From NCBI GenBank assembly GCA_037447605.1, contig CM074806.1:2418001-2482000 (forward strand): a stretch of 64,000 bases of DNA, written 5' to 3'. A model generated the notes under the pieces. The model made no database searches. It worked only from the letters and a program-made list of their open reading frames with translations, and was not told the DNA's origin. This document shows positions 12,927 to 24,622 of this stretch, piece by piece; position 1 is the first letter of the stretch, and every line of letters starts with the position of its first letter. This DNA is from Zygnema circumcarinatum SAG 698-1b. Its lineage: Eukaryota > Plantae > Zygnematophyceae. The position numbers were made by a program, and so were the translations under genes.

Positions 12927-13493
12927 CTTTTGTTGTTGTTGTTGTTGCTATCCGACCCTGCCCTGATCCTCCGGGCGACCGCTTTACGTCCGCGCAGCTC
13001 GTTTGGGCAGGTTGAACGGGCAGTTCGGGCAGCTCGGCATACGAAAACGTTTTCCGCGGCTCGTTATCCCGCGCCCATCTTTATCGAGTTGAGATATTTT
13101 CGGGCGGCCGCCCCTCGAATCCCCTCCCTCCCCGCCCGCCCGCCCGCCGTGCGATGCGCGGGGCAGTCCTCGCTCCTCGGGCGCGGGGCTTCGAAACCCG
13201 CAAGCTCGGACGAGCTCCAAAACTGCGTAGTGCGTTTTTCATGAGAAAGCAAGCAATAACGCGCTGTTATGACGTCATGAAAGCTTTCAAAATCGTCAGG
13301 AGGACTGCGCAGGGCACGTCCGTCAATAATTACCATTTTGCAGACAACCCTTCCATTCGATATGTTTGCAGGGGACGTGGCAGTGATCTCTCGGCACTGA
13401 CGCCATGGATTCTATCAGGCAGGTGGGCCGCCCGCCGGCTGTGACGCTTCGCGGTGCCGTGCACGTCGCTGCCATACGGACATCGGTACAGTC

Positions 13494-14473
13494 TGTAGCA
13501 CAAGATAAGTGGGGTTAAGAGAAGACTGCCCAGCTAGTTGCAGGTGCTGTACGGCCACTCGCGCGTCCGTGCTGAAACTAATGAAGGGTTGGGTTGGTGC
13601 TGTGGGCCTGCCTGCAGCATAGAGCCAGGATCCGGGAGATTCAGAGGTACGCGCAGCGGAAGACGTAGGGATCCTGAAGATGTTCCCACCGGCGGCTGGA
13701 CTCGATGCGCAAAGGGCTCTTCCTTGGGGACTCTCCTCCCTTGTCCTCTCCTCGGCTAGTCTCTTAGCTAGGCTTCTAGTTATCATTGGTCATTGGGAGG
13801 AATGTAGGGCAGGATAGAACAAGATGGTAGCTTGGCATAGTGACAGCAAAGGGAAAACAGGACTCAACTCAGATAAAGGTTGTATTTTGGAAGGTCACCC
13901 CAGCCAGCAGTTGGCTGGGGATAGTCATTACAATGAAAGGATCTTCTCACTGATATCTTTGTCTAGCTGGGCTGAATGGGACGTCTAAATGCTATCGGCA
14001 AGAAGACTCTTTCTCTCTCTCTCTCTCTATCTATGGCATGGAACTCTCTCTCTCTCTCACACTTAGCATCTGTTGCTGGAACTGAAGAGGAAGAAGAGAA
14101 GAACAAGACAACAAACCACACAGCAAATACAAATACTAAGCCCAGCACTAAAAGACAAACAAGCATCACTGACATCCCATCTACCTAACACTGACAATAG
14201 ATCTTGAGCCTTAGTAGTGACAGTCCCTGATTGGCCAACTGCCCACTGAGAGGCCTGACTGACTACGTGGAGACTTCTGATAGGTCAACAAACGACAATC
14301 GGCGGCATTATGCGGCGCTTCCGAGTGCGCCTTGCTGGATGGTGTGCTGTCCCGTGGGCCGCCAACAAATGGCGCCGCCGTCTCGCATTTTCCGTCGGCA
14401 ATTCATGAATATGAATATGTCAAGTACAACTGAACGGGCGCGGATCCGTCGAACGCAGCTCCGTTACGCTACA
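13494..14473 (-). repeat. 3' LTR of Gypsy copy 1
   Basis: TG..CA ends. Homologous to 21200-22199, 37913-38112 and 42410-42597. Confidence 0.9.
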
Positions 14474-17400
14474 TCTGTAGCATATGCCGGGGGGGGAACA
14501 AGCGCACGCCCCTGCGGGCGCAAGGAAGAAGAGACAAAGGGCAGGGGAGGAGCCAAGGATGACGTGGACGGGAGGCGAGCCGGTGGCCGTGTGGAGAAGC
14601 TTCCTCGTACATCCGGAAATGGGGGGTATCGGCAGGACCGGAGGTGGGGGAGGGGGTAAGACAAATTCGAAATCGAAAGGTACGGCCGACAGGCGCAATG
14701 TTAGCGAAGCGGCAAAAGTGGCGAGGTGAAATGGACCAATGAGAATTAAGCAGGCGGGGGTCTGAGGAGACCTTGTCGATGCATAAACGCTTCGGCCATG
14801 GGAGGAACCCGGTACGGCGTGGCGGCACGAATGTCGATCCAGTGTGAACGCCAGCGCCGGGCGTTCCCACTAGAGTCAGGAGCCTCCGAAATGATGGCCC
14901 AACCTGGGATCTCCGACGGACCGACACAAATGAAGGGGCCCAACCACGGAAAAGCCCGTTGAGTCGGTTTGGCGAGATTCCTGAGCCAAATGAGCTGACG
15001 TGGCGCGACCTGATTGGGCGGGAGGGCAGCGCGTCGGCGCCTCCCAAAGTCGGTGAGTTATGCACTTTATTACTTTCCTTTCGAGGTAATTGGGAGGCCA
15101 CCATGGAATCCTAGGAGTTTTAGGCGGAGGGCAGGGAGGCGAAGCTGGGCGACCCGGTGATCCCTAGGGGGCGTCATGTCGTGGAAAAGAAGGGCTCGGC
15201 CCGGAGAAGGAGGTCCCGAGGGAATGCGGGGCTTACGGCCATAGAGGAGCTCGTAGGGAGAGAAGCCAGTGGAGGAGTGAACAGAGGTGTTGTACGTGAA
15301 GACCAGGGAGGGGATGACCTCGCGCCAGTCCGCCTCCAGCTCCGCGCAGCCGCGAACGCACGCATCCTTGACCGTCTGTATGGTACGTTCTGCAAGCCCA
15401 TTCTGCCAGGGGGAGTAGGGGCTAGAGGTGTGGTGAATGATGCGGAAGTCCTGCATGAGCTTGGCAAATGCCCCCTTGTATTCGGTGCCATTGTCAGAGT
15501 GGACAGAGTAGGGTAGAGAGTGGCGGTGAATGATGGCCGTCAGGAGGCGAGCAGAGTGGATGGAATGCTTAGATTCTGTCGTATGAACTTCCACCCACTT
15601 GGTGTATCTGTCCACGGCTAGGAAGACCCGAATGTAGCCAGAGGGGGTGCCGAGCTGGGGGATAGAAAAGGTGTCAATGTTCCAATCTTCGGCGACGCCT
15701 CGTATCGGGATCTCACCCATCTCTAGGGGTTGGCGGTCGGGGGGAGCAGAGCGCTTGCCGCGTTGGCAGCGGGTGCAGGTTTCGATGTAGCGGCTCACCG
15801 CGCCATGGAGGCCGGGCCAATAATAGCGCTCCTGCAGCAGGGCGACCATCTTCTTCTGGCCAAGGTGGAATCCGCTGGGCTGGGAATTGTGGGCAACATC
15901 GGGGCATCTCCAGCATCTGCGTTCATTTGGGGAGAGAAAGAGCGGGGAAGGCGAGGGGAGGTACAGAGTATGCGTAAAGACCATCACCAACAGAGAAGTG
16001 CGAGGCTTCGGCGGAGCAGCGAGCCCTCACCGGTGTCCGTGATAAAGGGGTAATGTGCGAGGTCATGACATAGCCGCGAAGGGAGATGCGAATGGACGTC
16101 GTGGCGGCGGGAAATAGAGGGAGGAAGTAAGGAGAAGCGCATAAAACGTCATCTATATGAGAGTTCCACGGATCCGCATGGGGGTGGCGTGGGTGAAGTC
16201 AAGGAGTCTCCAGTGATGGAGGGTGTAGTGGCGGTGGCAGGCTGCTCGATCAACCCATTTGCGAATAGGACATCATGCAGGGCTTGAGCGGCAATAAAAA
16301 TCTCAATGGGAAGATGCTCAGGGTTCAAGAGGGTGGGTGGAGGGATGGGTTCAGGAACGGCCGGATCGTGACAGAGGAGGGGAGCCGAAGGATTGCGACT
16401 GAGGCCGTCAGCATTGCCGTGACTGCGGCCGGGACGGTGAGTGACCTTGAGCACATTATACTCCTCCAACTTCATCACCCATCGTGCAAACTTAGGTCGT
16501 AGGGTAGCCATGATGTGCGGCCAAGTGATGAGTGGCATGTGGTGATCCCTAATGATAATAATAGGCTGGTAGAGGCATGAAACTTGAACTACTCCGGTGC
16601 AGAAGAATAGCCATTGCCTCACCCTCGTGGGGCTGTACTTGGTCTCGGTTTCGAACAAACCCCTGCTAGCATGTGACGAGATTGTTCCCCATCGGGGAAG
16701 GCTTGGCGGCCCTTTGCCCCAAATTCCGATGCGACTCAGTCGGCGTCAGTGGCGGTTGGCAGGGGTGGGGGTCAAGTTGATGCGGACAAGGAGGCACGAG
16801 GAGGGGCACTCTTGAGCGCGTGGAAGGCCAAATCCTGCGCTCGGCTCCATTCGTATTGGACTCCGTGCTTCTCCAAGGCATGGAGGGGACGTGCGATAAG
16901 GGCATAGCCCTTGATGAACCGGCGATAGAATGAGGTGAGCCCCAAGAAGGACTTGAGCTGAGTTAGGGTTTGTGGAATCGGCATGAGGGCGATCGCTTCA
17001 ATCTTGTCGAGTGAGGGTTTCAGGCCATTGATGCCGAGGCGGTGCCCGAGATGAGTGATCTCCTGATGGCCCCATTTGCACTTCTTGGGTGCAATCTTCA
17101 GACGCGCACTGATGAGCTGTTGCAGGACTTGGTCAATGTGCTGCAGGTGGGAGGACCAGTCCTTGCTGTGGATCGAAGCATCATCCACGTAAGGTTCGCA
17201 GAAAGCACGACAGGGGCCAAACACCTGGTTGGCCAGGCGCTGGTGAGTCTGGCTGGAATTCTTGAGCCCAAAGGGAAGCACTGTCCACTGCACGAAGCGT
17301 GTGGCTGTGCGAAGCCCTGTCTTGCAGCGATCGGCCTGTCGCAGGGGGATCTGCCAGAAGGACTTCTGCATGTCCAGGGCCGAGAACCATCGGTCCTCAG

Positions 17401-20400
17401 GGGAGACGCCGTGGAGAATCAGGTCCACATCCGGTAGCGTATAAGGATCCCACTTGGGGTATGGCATTGATTTCCAGGTAGTCTCCACGAAGCGGGTATG
17501 CCATCGGCTTTGGGGCCGAGAAGCGGCGGCGGCCCAAGGTCCTTCTCGGGTTCCATCAAGCGACTGCCATGTTCCTCATCGATCACGTGCGTTCGACATG
17601 ACTGCTGAGAAGCGTGAGCGGTAGGGAGTCATGGTCATCACGGGGAGTTGCATCCCCGTGTGTCGATATGGTGCTCAATGGTGGAGTCTTGCGATGTAGA
17701 GGTGAATGTAGATGCGAAACTAGGTGATTCGGCCTTGACACCCAGCGTAGTTGAGAATGCTTGATGCAGATGCGAAGTCTTTAATTTAATGCGCCGACCC
17801 TCTATCTCCGGCCACTCTTGTCTGCCGATGGGTCACCGTGAAATTTTGGGAAGCTGGAATTACAGCGAGCACGGCGACAAAAGTTCACTCCGTCGTGCCG
17901 CGGAGGGCTGGATTGAGGCGGGGAAGTCGCCATCGGTCGGGGAATTGGCGATCCATAGGAAGAATAGGTACACTTGCGACAAAATGGTACATGGTGATCT
18001 GGTGGGAGACCTGCGTGGAGTGGCGTGGCGTTTTAGGGAAAGCCCGAGGAGGTGGCAAAAGGACTTCCGAGGATGATGGGAAGAGGCGGTCTGTCGCCCA
18101 ATGAGATAAGTGCGACTGACATGTAGCAAAGTCGATTCGTTAAGCTTCCATCGCAATGAGCCAATGCGAGCCCAGTAGGGATAGGAATAGTGCTTTCAGT
18201 GACGTGATGGCCGCATTCACGTAGCTCCCCTCGCCAAGGCTGATGATCACTTGGGCACTGCCCAATCCTTCATGTAGGCTCCCCTCAACCCCACATATCG
18301 GGGAATGGGCTCGAGCGTCTTGTCCAACTTAACCCCTGCAGCCTTCATTACTGGCTTGGACAGAACCGTGCGCATAGCTCTTGTGTCGATCATGGCTTTG
18401 CTGGGATGACCGTTTAGCCATACATTGACAATAATTCGCACGTTGGGTGTTGGGATCAGAGGGAGGATCTGAATCTGGCGGGGAGGAAGGCGGGGAGAGC
18501 GAACTGGGTCCGGAGGAGGGGCCGTGGCCATGTGGTGGATATCGGCCGGCGAGGGGATGTCCGGAGGAGGTGCCATGGGAACCGTGAGAGGCCGCAGGGT
18601 GGCCTCTGCACTGTCGGCCAGCTTGCGAACTACGGCTGCAGCACCTGGTACCAGCTGCATCAACTGTGATAAGGTAATGCCGATCTTAGCCTTGTCTCCC
18701 ATGAGCTGATGAACCATGCGTTCAATCAGGGATGGGCCGTCTGTCGGGGGGGGTGGTCGACGATCGGCTGCTTGGGGGTAGAAACGGGCTGCCCGAGGGC
18801 GATGGGGAGGGTTGACATGCATTTCTTCTGTCGCCGGTGCTGTCGGCTCTGGCTGCGCCTCTGTCGGCTCCTCCTCATCGGGATCGTCAGTTTCCTCCTC
18901 AGGCATGGATCCCAAGGGATGACCTGTGGAAGGAGGGAGGACTGAAGTTCTCCGGACAGGGGTGGCGACCGATGGAGCCGTGCCGGAGGAGCTGGCGCCG
19001 TTGACATTGGCAGGGAGGAATGGCAGGGCATGTGAATGCGGATCACTTTGGTTGACAGGGAGTCTGCGCAAGGCAGTTGCAATCTCGGCGATCCGGGCTT
19101 GAGCACCCTCTTCAGGAGTGATGGGTGGTCGGACCAAGCGGTATGCCAGCGGCAATCTGTCTGCAGTGCGAAGCGCGGAGCAGCCAGATCGAGGAGCTTG
19201 GCCTACTGCGTTTGTCAGGAAGGGGACTCCATGGGGGTGCAGATGTATGTGGGCCATTTGCGGGGATGGTATAAGCGGGTGAAGGAGGTGGAGGCGGGCG
19301 AAAGGGAGCCGGAGTCCTCGGTGGTGTGTGAATAGCCGGGAGCATGTCCATGAAGGTGATCTCTGCAGGTGAGCTCCCTACAGCTGCCTCTTTCCCCTTT
19401 CGGGCCTTCTCACTTGAAAGTCTCCGCATGCACACACGGGCATCATGTCCCGTGATCTGGCAGAAGGTGCAGGTCCATGGTCCACAGCGCAGCCGCGGAT
19501 TATGATTCAGGCCGCAGGCAAGACAAACGCCCTCTGGAACCCCTGCCTCTGTCATCCGACGGCGCAAATCGGCTCTGGCGGCTTCTCTCTCTTCGGGTGT
19601 TCGATCGGAGTAAGGACCCCGATATCCTGGACGAGAAACATCGGGTATGTGAGGATTCACCGACGGCTCAATGGGATGCGCAGGATCATGAGGGTATGGG
19701 GAAAGGGGAAGGGGCTTGGTCGCGCTGGCTATAGCCAGAGGCTGCACCATAGTGGCTGCCCGGACGTCCTGAGAAGGGATGCCGGAGAAAGATGGCTTGT
19801 TCCGAGTAGACATAGCGTAGGGTTCATACAACTGCTGATTCTGTGTCTTCAGGAACTGCTGGTAGAGTCGATCTTGTCGTGGATCTGTAGCATTCATGTA
19901 ATGTGGTCGTACATGTCGGTTGCCTCTCTCTTGATCCTTCTGAATTCGCTCTGCCCTTTCTAACAATGCACAGGCATGGCGGTGGGTTATGCGGCGCAGC
20001 TCACGATCCGGTGGAGATCCCTTCGGCCCGGTAGCCTTAGCGGAACCACTGGAAACCGGGAAAGTCAGGGCAAGTTCACCGATGCGTATTTGCCATGCGC
20101 CGCGAAACGCTTTCGGTGAATTCGAAACGGCCGCTCATCAGCACGGCACTCCTATGCTTAGCGAAGTCGGTCTAACCGCGATGATTGGATCACGAAATCC
20201 GGCATTGTCGCTGCTTGAATGTGTCCTTGTCAGGTTGCCCGGCGACATCCCGGCTTTGTGCCAGTTTGGGGCCGGCTTCAGTTGGCCCCGCCTCTCCTTC
20301 CAGCTCCAGGGCCAGCTTGATCCAGCGAGTCTTCGCCAGTGCACTTGCTGCCTTCTCCTCAAGATGTCTCAGCCAGGCTTCTGCATCTTCCTGCTTGCCG

Positions 20401-21185
20401 GTGAAACCTCTAGTGATGATGCCCGTGGTATCCCTCACCTCACTCTTTTCAGGAATCATGGCTATCAGTTTTGTCATCATCTCTTCCATCTTGTCAGAAA
20501 CCGACTGACACGCAGCTCGCAGTTGGTGCGCGTAAAGTCGAGTGTCCGATCGCCCCCGCCTCGCTCGCGGGGCTTCCTGGCCGCGCTGGATGGGTGTGGG
20601 GTTGTGAACGCCGAGGCGAGGTGTCTTCTCACAGGAATCCCTCGCCTGGCCGGGCAGGATCGCGCTACCAAATACCGCGGCTTCAAGGGACTCCCCGCCA
20701 GTAGCTATCCGGAATCGATCCCACGCTGGTTCTCGCCTCTCGCGGGTCAGCGGTGGGGACCCTCAAAGTTCGAATCCGCACTCTCTTCACTTCAAAGATT
20801 CCGCGTCGCATGTTTCGACAAGTAGGTCAGTAAGCTTGATCATCCGCTACGCGTATATCGCCAAATGGTTTCTTATGGCCATCACCGCCAGATGTGGAGT
20901 CAGCCGCAGCTCTTCAATCAGTCGATCTGCTCGGGCAAGCCGCATCGATAAGGGTTCTCTTCGGTGATGCCTATCTTCGCCTCTGGACCGCTTTCCTCTC
21001 GAATCAACTGGCCCCTCTGATTTCCACGCGATGTCCTTCTTGAGGTCCCAAAGTTTCATCTCAATACTTCATGAAGACCCGCTATCCCCTTGTTGCTCTT
21101 CATCCACGGGCGGCCGTGGATACGTCACGTGATCGGCAACCCTCACGTGACAAAAGGCAAGGCACGCGGATCTCAAGAACCTTCC

Positions 21186-21197
21186 GGCCTGATACCA
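21186..21197 (-). promoter_or_regulatory. Candidate primer binding site (tRNA-iMet-like)
   Basis: TGGTATCAG on the minus strand just after the 5' LTR. Only 9 nt match TGGTATCAGAGC. Confidence 0.55.
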
Positions 21198-21200
21198 AGA

Positions 21201-21713
21201 TGTTGGGGTTAAGAAGACCGCCCAGCCTAGGTTGTAGCCGGGACGGGCCACTCGCTACACCGGTAATGAAACTAATGAAGGGTTGGGTTGGTGCTGTGGG
21301 CCTGCCTGCAGCATAGAGCCAGGATCCGGGAGATTCAGAGGTACGCGCAGCGGAAGACGTAGGGATCCTGAAGATGTTCCCACCGGCGGCTGGACTCGAT
21401 GCGCAAAGGGCTCTTCCTTGGGGACTCTCCTCCCCTGTCCTCTCCTCGGCTAGTCTCTTAGCTAGGCTTCTAGTTATCATTGGTCATTGGGAGGGATGCA
21501 AGGCAGGATAGAACAAGATGGTAGCTTGGCATAGTGACAGCAAAGGGAAAATAGGCCTCAATTTAGATAAAGGTTGTATTTTGGAAAGTCACCAAGCCAG
21601 CAAATTCAGCTAAATGACTGCACTAAAATGGAAAGGATACTGTTCAGTTGAAATCTTTGTATAGAGCTGAAGCTGAATCCAGAACACCTAAATGCTATCA
21701 ACAAGAGACTCTT

Positions 21714-21744
<31 letters not shown>

Positions 21745-22199
21745 GGCATGGAACTCTCTCTCTCTCTCTCACACTTGGCATATGTTGAAACTGAAGGAAG
21801 AAGAGAAGAACAAGACAACAAACCACACAGCAAATACAAATACTAAGCCCAGCACTAAAAGACAAACAGCATCGTGGCATCCGTCTCTGCTCATCACTGG
21901 ATCGGGTCTTCTGCAACCTTCATAGTGAAGGCTCCTGATGGCAGCTCCACTAGAAGGCTGACTGACTACGTGGAGACTTCTGATAGGTCAACAAACGACA
22001 ATCGGCGGCATTATGCGGCGCTTCCGAGTGCGCCTTGCTGGATGGTGTGCTGTCCCGTGGGCCGCCAACAAATGGCGCCGCCGTCTCGCATTTTCCGTCG
22101 GCAATTCCTGGATCAGGCCGGTCGGTGACACTGAATATGAACATGTCAAGTACAACTGAACGGGCGCGGATCCGTCGAACGCAGCTCCGTTGTGCTACA
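21201..22199 (-). repeat. 5' LTR of Gypsy copy 1
   Basis: Homologous to 13494-14473 but divergent at its inner end. Confidence 0.8.
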
Positions 22200-22345
22200 A
22201 GTCTCATGCCGCGATCGGAAGCAGTACGGAGACGTGCCGTACGCAGGGCCGTATCGTACAGTACGTCTCTGTCCGTAGACCGTACTTCAAACAACACGGC
22301 CATGGAACCGTGAAACCACACCCTATCCTAACGCCCCTTAAAAAG

Positions 22346-23280
22346 GGGTAGTGATATTTCCACCCCTTTTTTGGATCCAAACACCCCTTCCCGGTCGGGC
22401 AGATTTCAAAAAGGATTAAAAACGGAAAATGCTTTTTTCACACCTTTTTGGAATCGATACCCACCCTCCATTGGCAGATTGTATTTTTGCGAAATAAGGA
22501 AAATTATAACCCTTCACTCCATTTGAATATCCTGCCTACCTGAATTTTTTTTCACGCGTGCGGTCAATCGCAGCCGTCGATTCCCTCGCAGATCGCAACG
22601 AGGCAGATCACTATTTGATCTGCAGCCGGGCTCGTTCACAGCGACTGGCACGGGCCCACGTATCCCGCCAAAGTCGTCTAAAAAAATTGTCCGTACAAAT
22701 ATCGTACGGTCGTTCCAAAAATTTTGTACATTGAGAGTTTGGACCAATCAAAATTTTCCACGTCAAAAATTTAACACGTGGCAAATGTTGATTGGCTGGG
22801 AGCTGACAATAGAACAAGATCTCGGGCCGAGGTACGAGCGCACTCGCACGTGCAATCCGGCTTTGACGGGACTCGTGGGCGCTTTCCATTCGCTGAGATC
22901 AAGCCCGGCTGCAGATCGAACGGTGATCTGCAGTGGTGCGATCTGCGAGGGAATCGACAGCTGCGATTGACACACACGTGTTAAGGACGGACACCCGCGA
23001 ACGATCTCGTGGCGGACGGATCTTCCGCTCCGAGCGGATTCGGGCAGGCAGATATTTCTTTCCCTCAAAAAAAAATTCAGGTAGGCGGGATACAGTATTC
23101 AAAATGCGGTGACGGGGTATCATTTTCCTTGGTTAGCAAAAATAAAATCAGCCGACGGAAGGTGGGTATCGATTCCAAAAAGGTGTGAAAAAAGCATTTT
23201 CCTTTTTTAATCCCTTTTGAAATCTGCCCGGCCGGGAAGGGGTGTTTGGATCCAAAAAAGGGGTGGAAATATCACTACCC
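22346..23280. mobile_element. Mutator-like non-autonomous foldback element
   Basis: TIRs GGGTAGTGATATTTCC..GGAAATATCACTACCC, inverted homology extending about 300 bp, 8-bp TSD TTAAAAAG on both sides. Confidence 0.88.
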
Positions 23281-24622
23281 TTAAAAAGTTGAAAGTTGAA
23301 AGTTGAAGGTTTGTGCTTTCGCATGATTATTGTTTGACCCGCGGGCCCGCCCCAACGCCCGTCACCCTCCCGTAGGGCCGTACGGCCGTACAGGCCAACC
23401 GCCAGATTTTTCCAGATCGCGCTCCCCGATGTCGGCAGCCGCCGAACGGCCGAATGGCCGAATGGTGCCGCGTCACGGCCAGGCGGGACCCCATCATTGG
23501 CCGCCGGCGGCACGTGGACCCCCGCGGCCGCCACGCAGCGCCAGCGCGGCCGCGCGCGGGCGGGCGGGGATAGGCCCAGGGCAGGGGACCGCTCGTGCTC
23601 CGCCACGCCGTCCGTAGGCCGTACTTCAGATACGAACGTAACCGTACGTACTGCACTAAGGACCTATGCCGTACTGAAATCGGTACGATCTCATTCCGTG
23701 CTCGGAAGCGGTACGGAGATTCTTCGTACGAATCGTCATACGGAACCCAAGCGAGCCGGTACTGTACAGTACAGTACTCAGAAGCGGTACCGTACGGACG
23801 CTTGTGGCCGTCGCGGTGCCAGTCGGTCGGCAGAATCGCTTTCGGGCGATCGCGTCTCGTCCCGCGGAAGTTGGAAGGGAGGCGGGGATCGAGGGGACTC
23901 AGGGGGCACCCGCCGGAAAATATCTCAATTCGATAAAGATGGGCGAGGGATAACGGGCCGCGGAAAACGTTTTCGTATGCCTAGCTGCCCGAACTGCCCG
24001 TTCAACCTGCCCAAACAAGCTGCCCGGACGCAATGCGGTCGCCCGGACGGGCGCGCGGTTGAGGTTTTTTGACCCCATCTGCCCCTGCCCGGCCTCTCCG
24101 CTTTCGCCATCGCCGAGGGGGACCGGCGCCCAAAAGTCTCCCTCCACTGCCCGTTGCCCGCGGTCTGCGGTCTGCCCCACGTGAAGGGCGCTTTTTCCGT
24201 CCGACGTGGCGGCCGACGGCGAGGGGCGCGTGGGCCCCCTCCCTCTGACACGCGCTGGCTCCTTCAGCCGTACCGTACGGCCGGCCTTCCACGTACGGGC
24301 GCGGTAGGTTGCTGGGGCGGCCCCTCCGCCGGCAGGGTTTTTTTGAGTCCTAGTCCGACCGCAAACCCTGCGTTGTAGAAAGCTCTTTCGGCAGATAAGA
24401 CGACGGACGATTGCCCTCCTGCTCCACGGCCGGCAAGAGGGAGAGGAGAGATAGAAAAGAGAGATAAAAAGAGGGGAGAGAGAGGGGCAGAAGGAGAGGA
24501 CCCAGAGCGTTGTGTAAGGGGAGCACGGAGAGGACAGGGGCAAGGGCGCAAGTGCTTGCTTCGAGAATTTCTGACCGTTTCCTCAGTCCTGAAGGTGTTC
24601 AAGAGTGGTGGGAGTGGCCGAA

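Larger units (their letters stand above)
13494..22199 (-). mobile_element. Ty3/Gypsy LTR retrotransposon, full-length but frameshifted
   Basis: LTRs 13494-14473 and ~21200-22199, outer ends TGTAGCACAA..TTGTGCTACA, 4-bp TSD AGTC. Gag zinc knuckles (CTFCQITGHDARVC), protease (AMIDT), RT (LPFGLKN, YVDD), RNase H, then integrase (SDNGTEY, NGLAER). Confidence 0.95.
12970..24047. mobile_element. Long-TIR (Mutator-like/foldback) non-autonomous element hosting nested insertions
   Basis: About 150-bp inverted repeat, 12970-13122 vs ~23890-24047. No transposase. True termini and TSD not resolved. Confidence 0.6.

Noticed and set aside
15890-18250. Programmed frameshifts in Gypsy pol
   Set aside because: Indels are numerous, patchy and differ between the two copies, which fits decay or noisy consensus.
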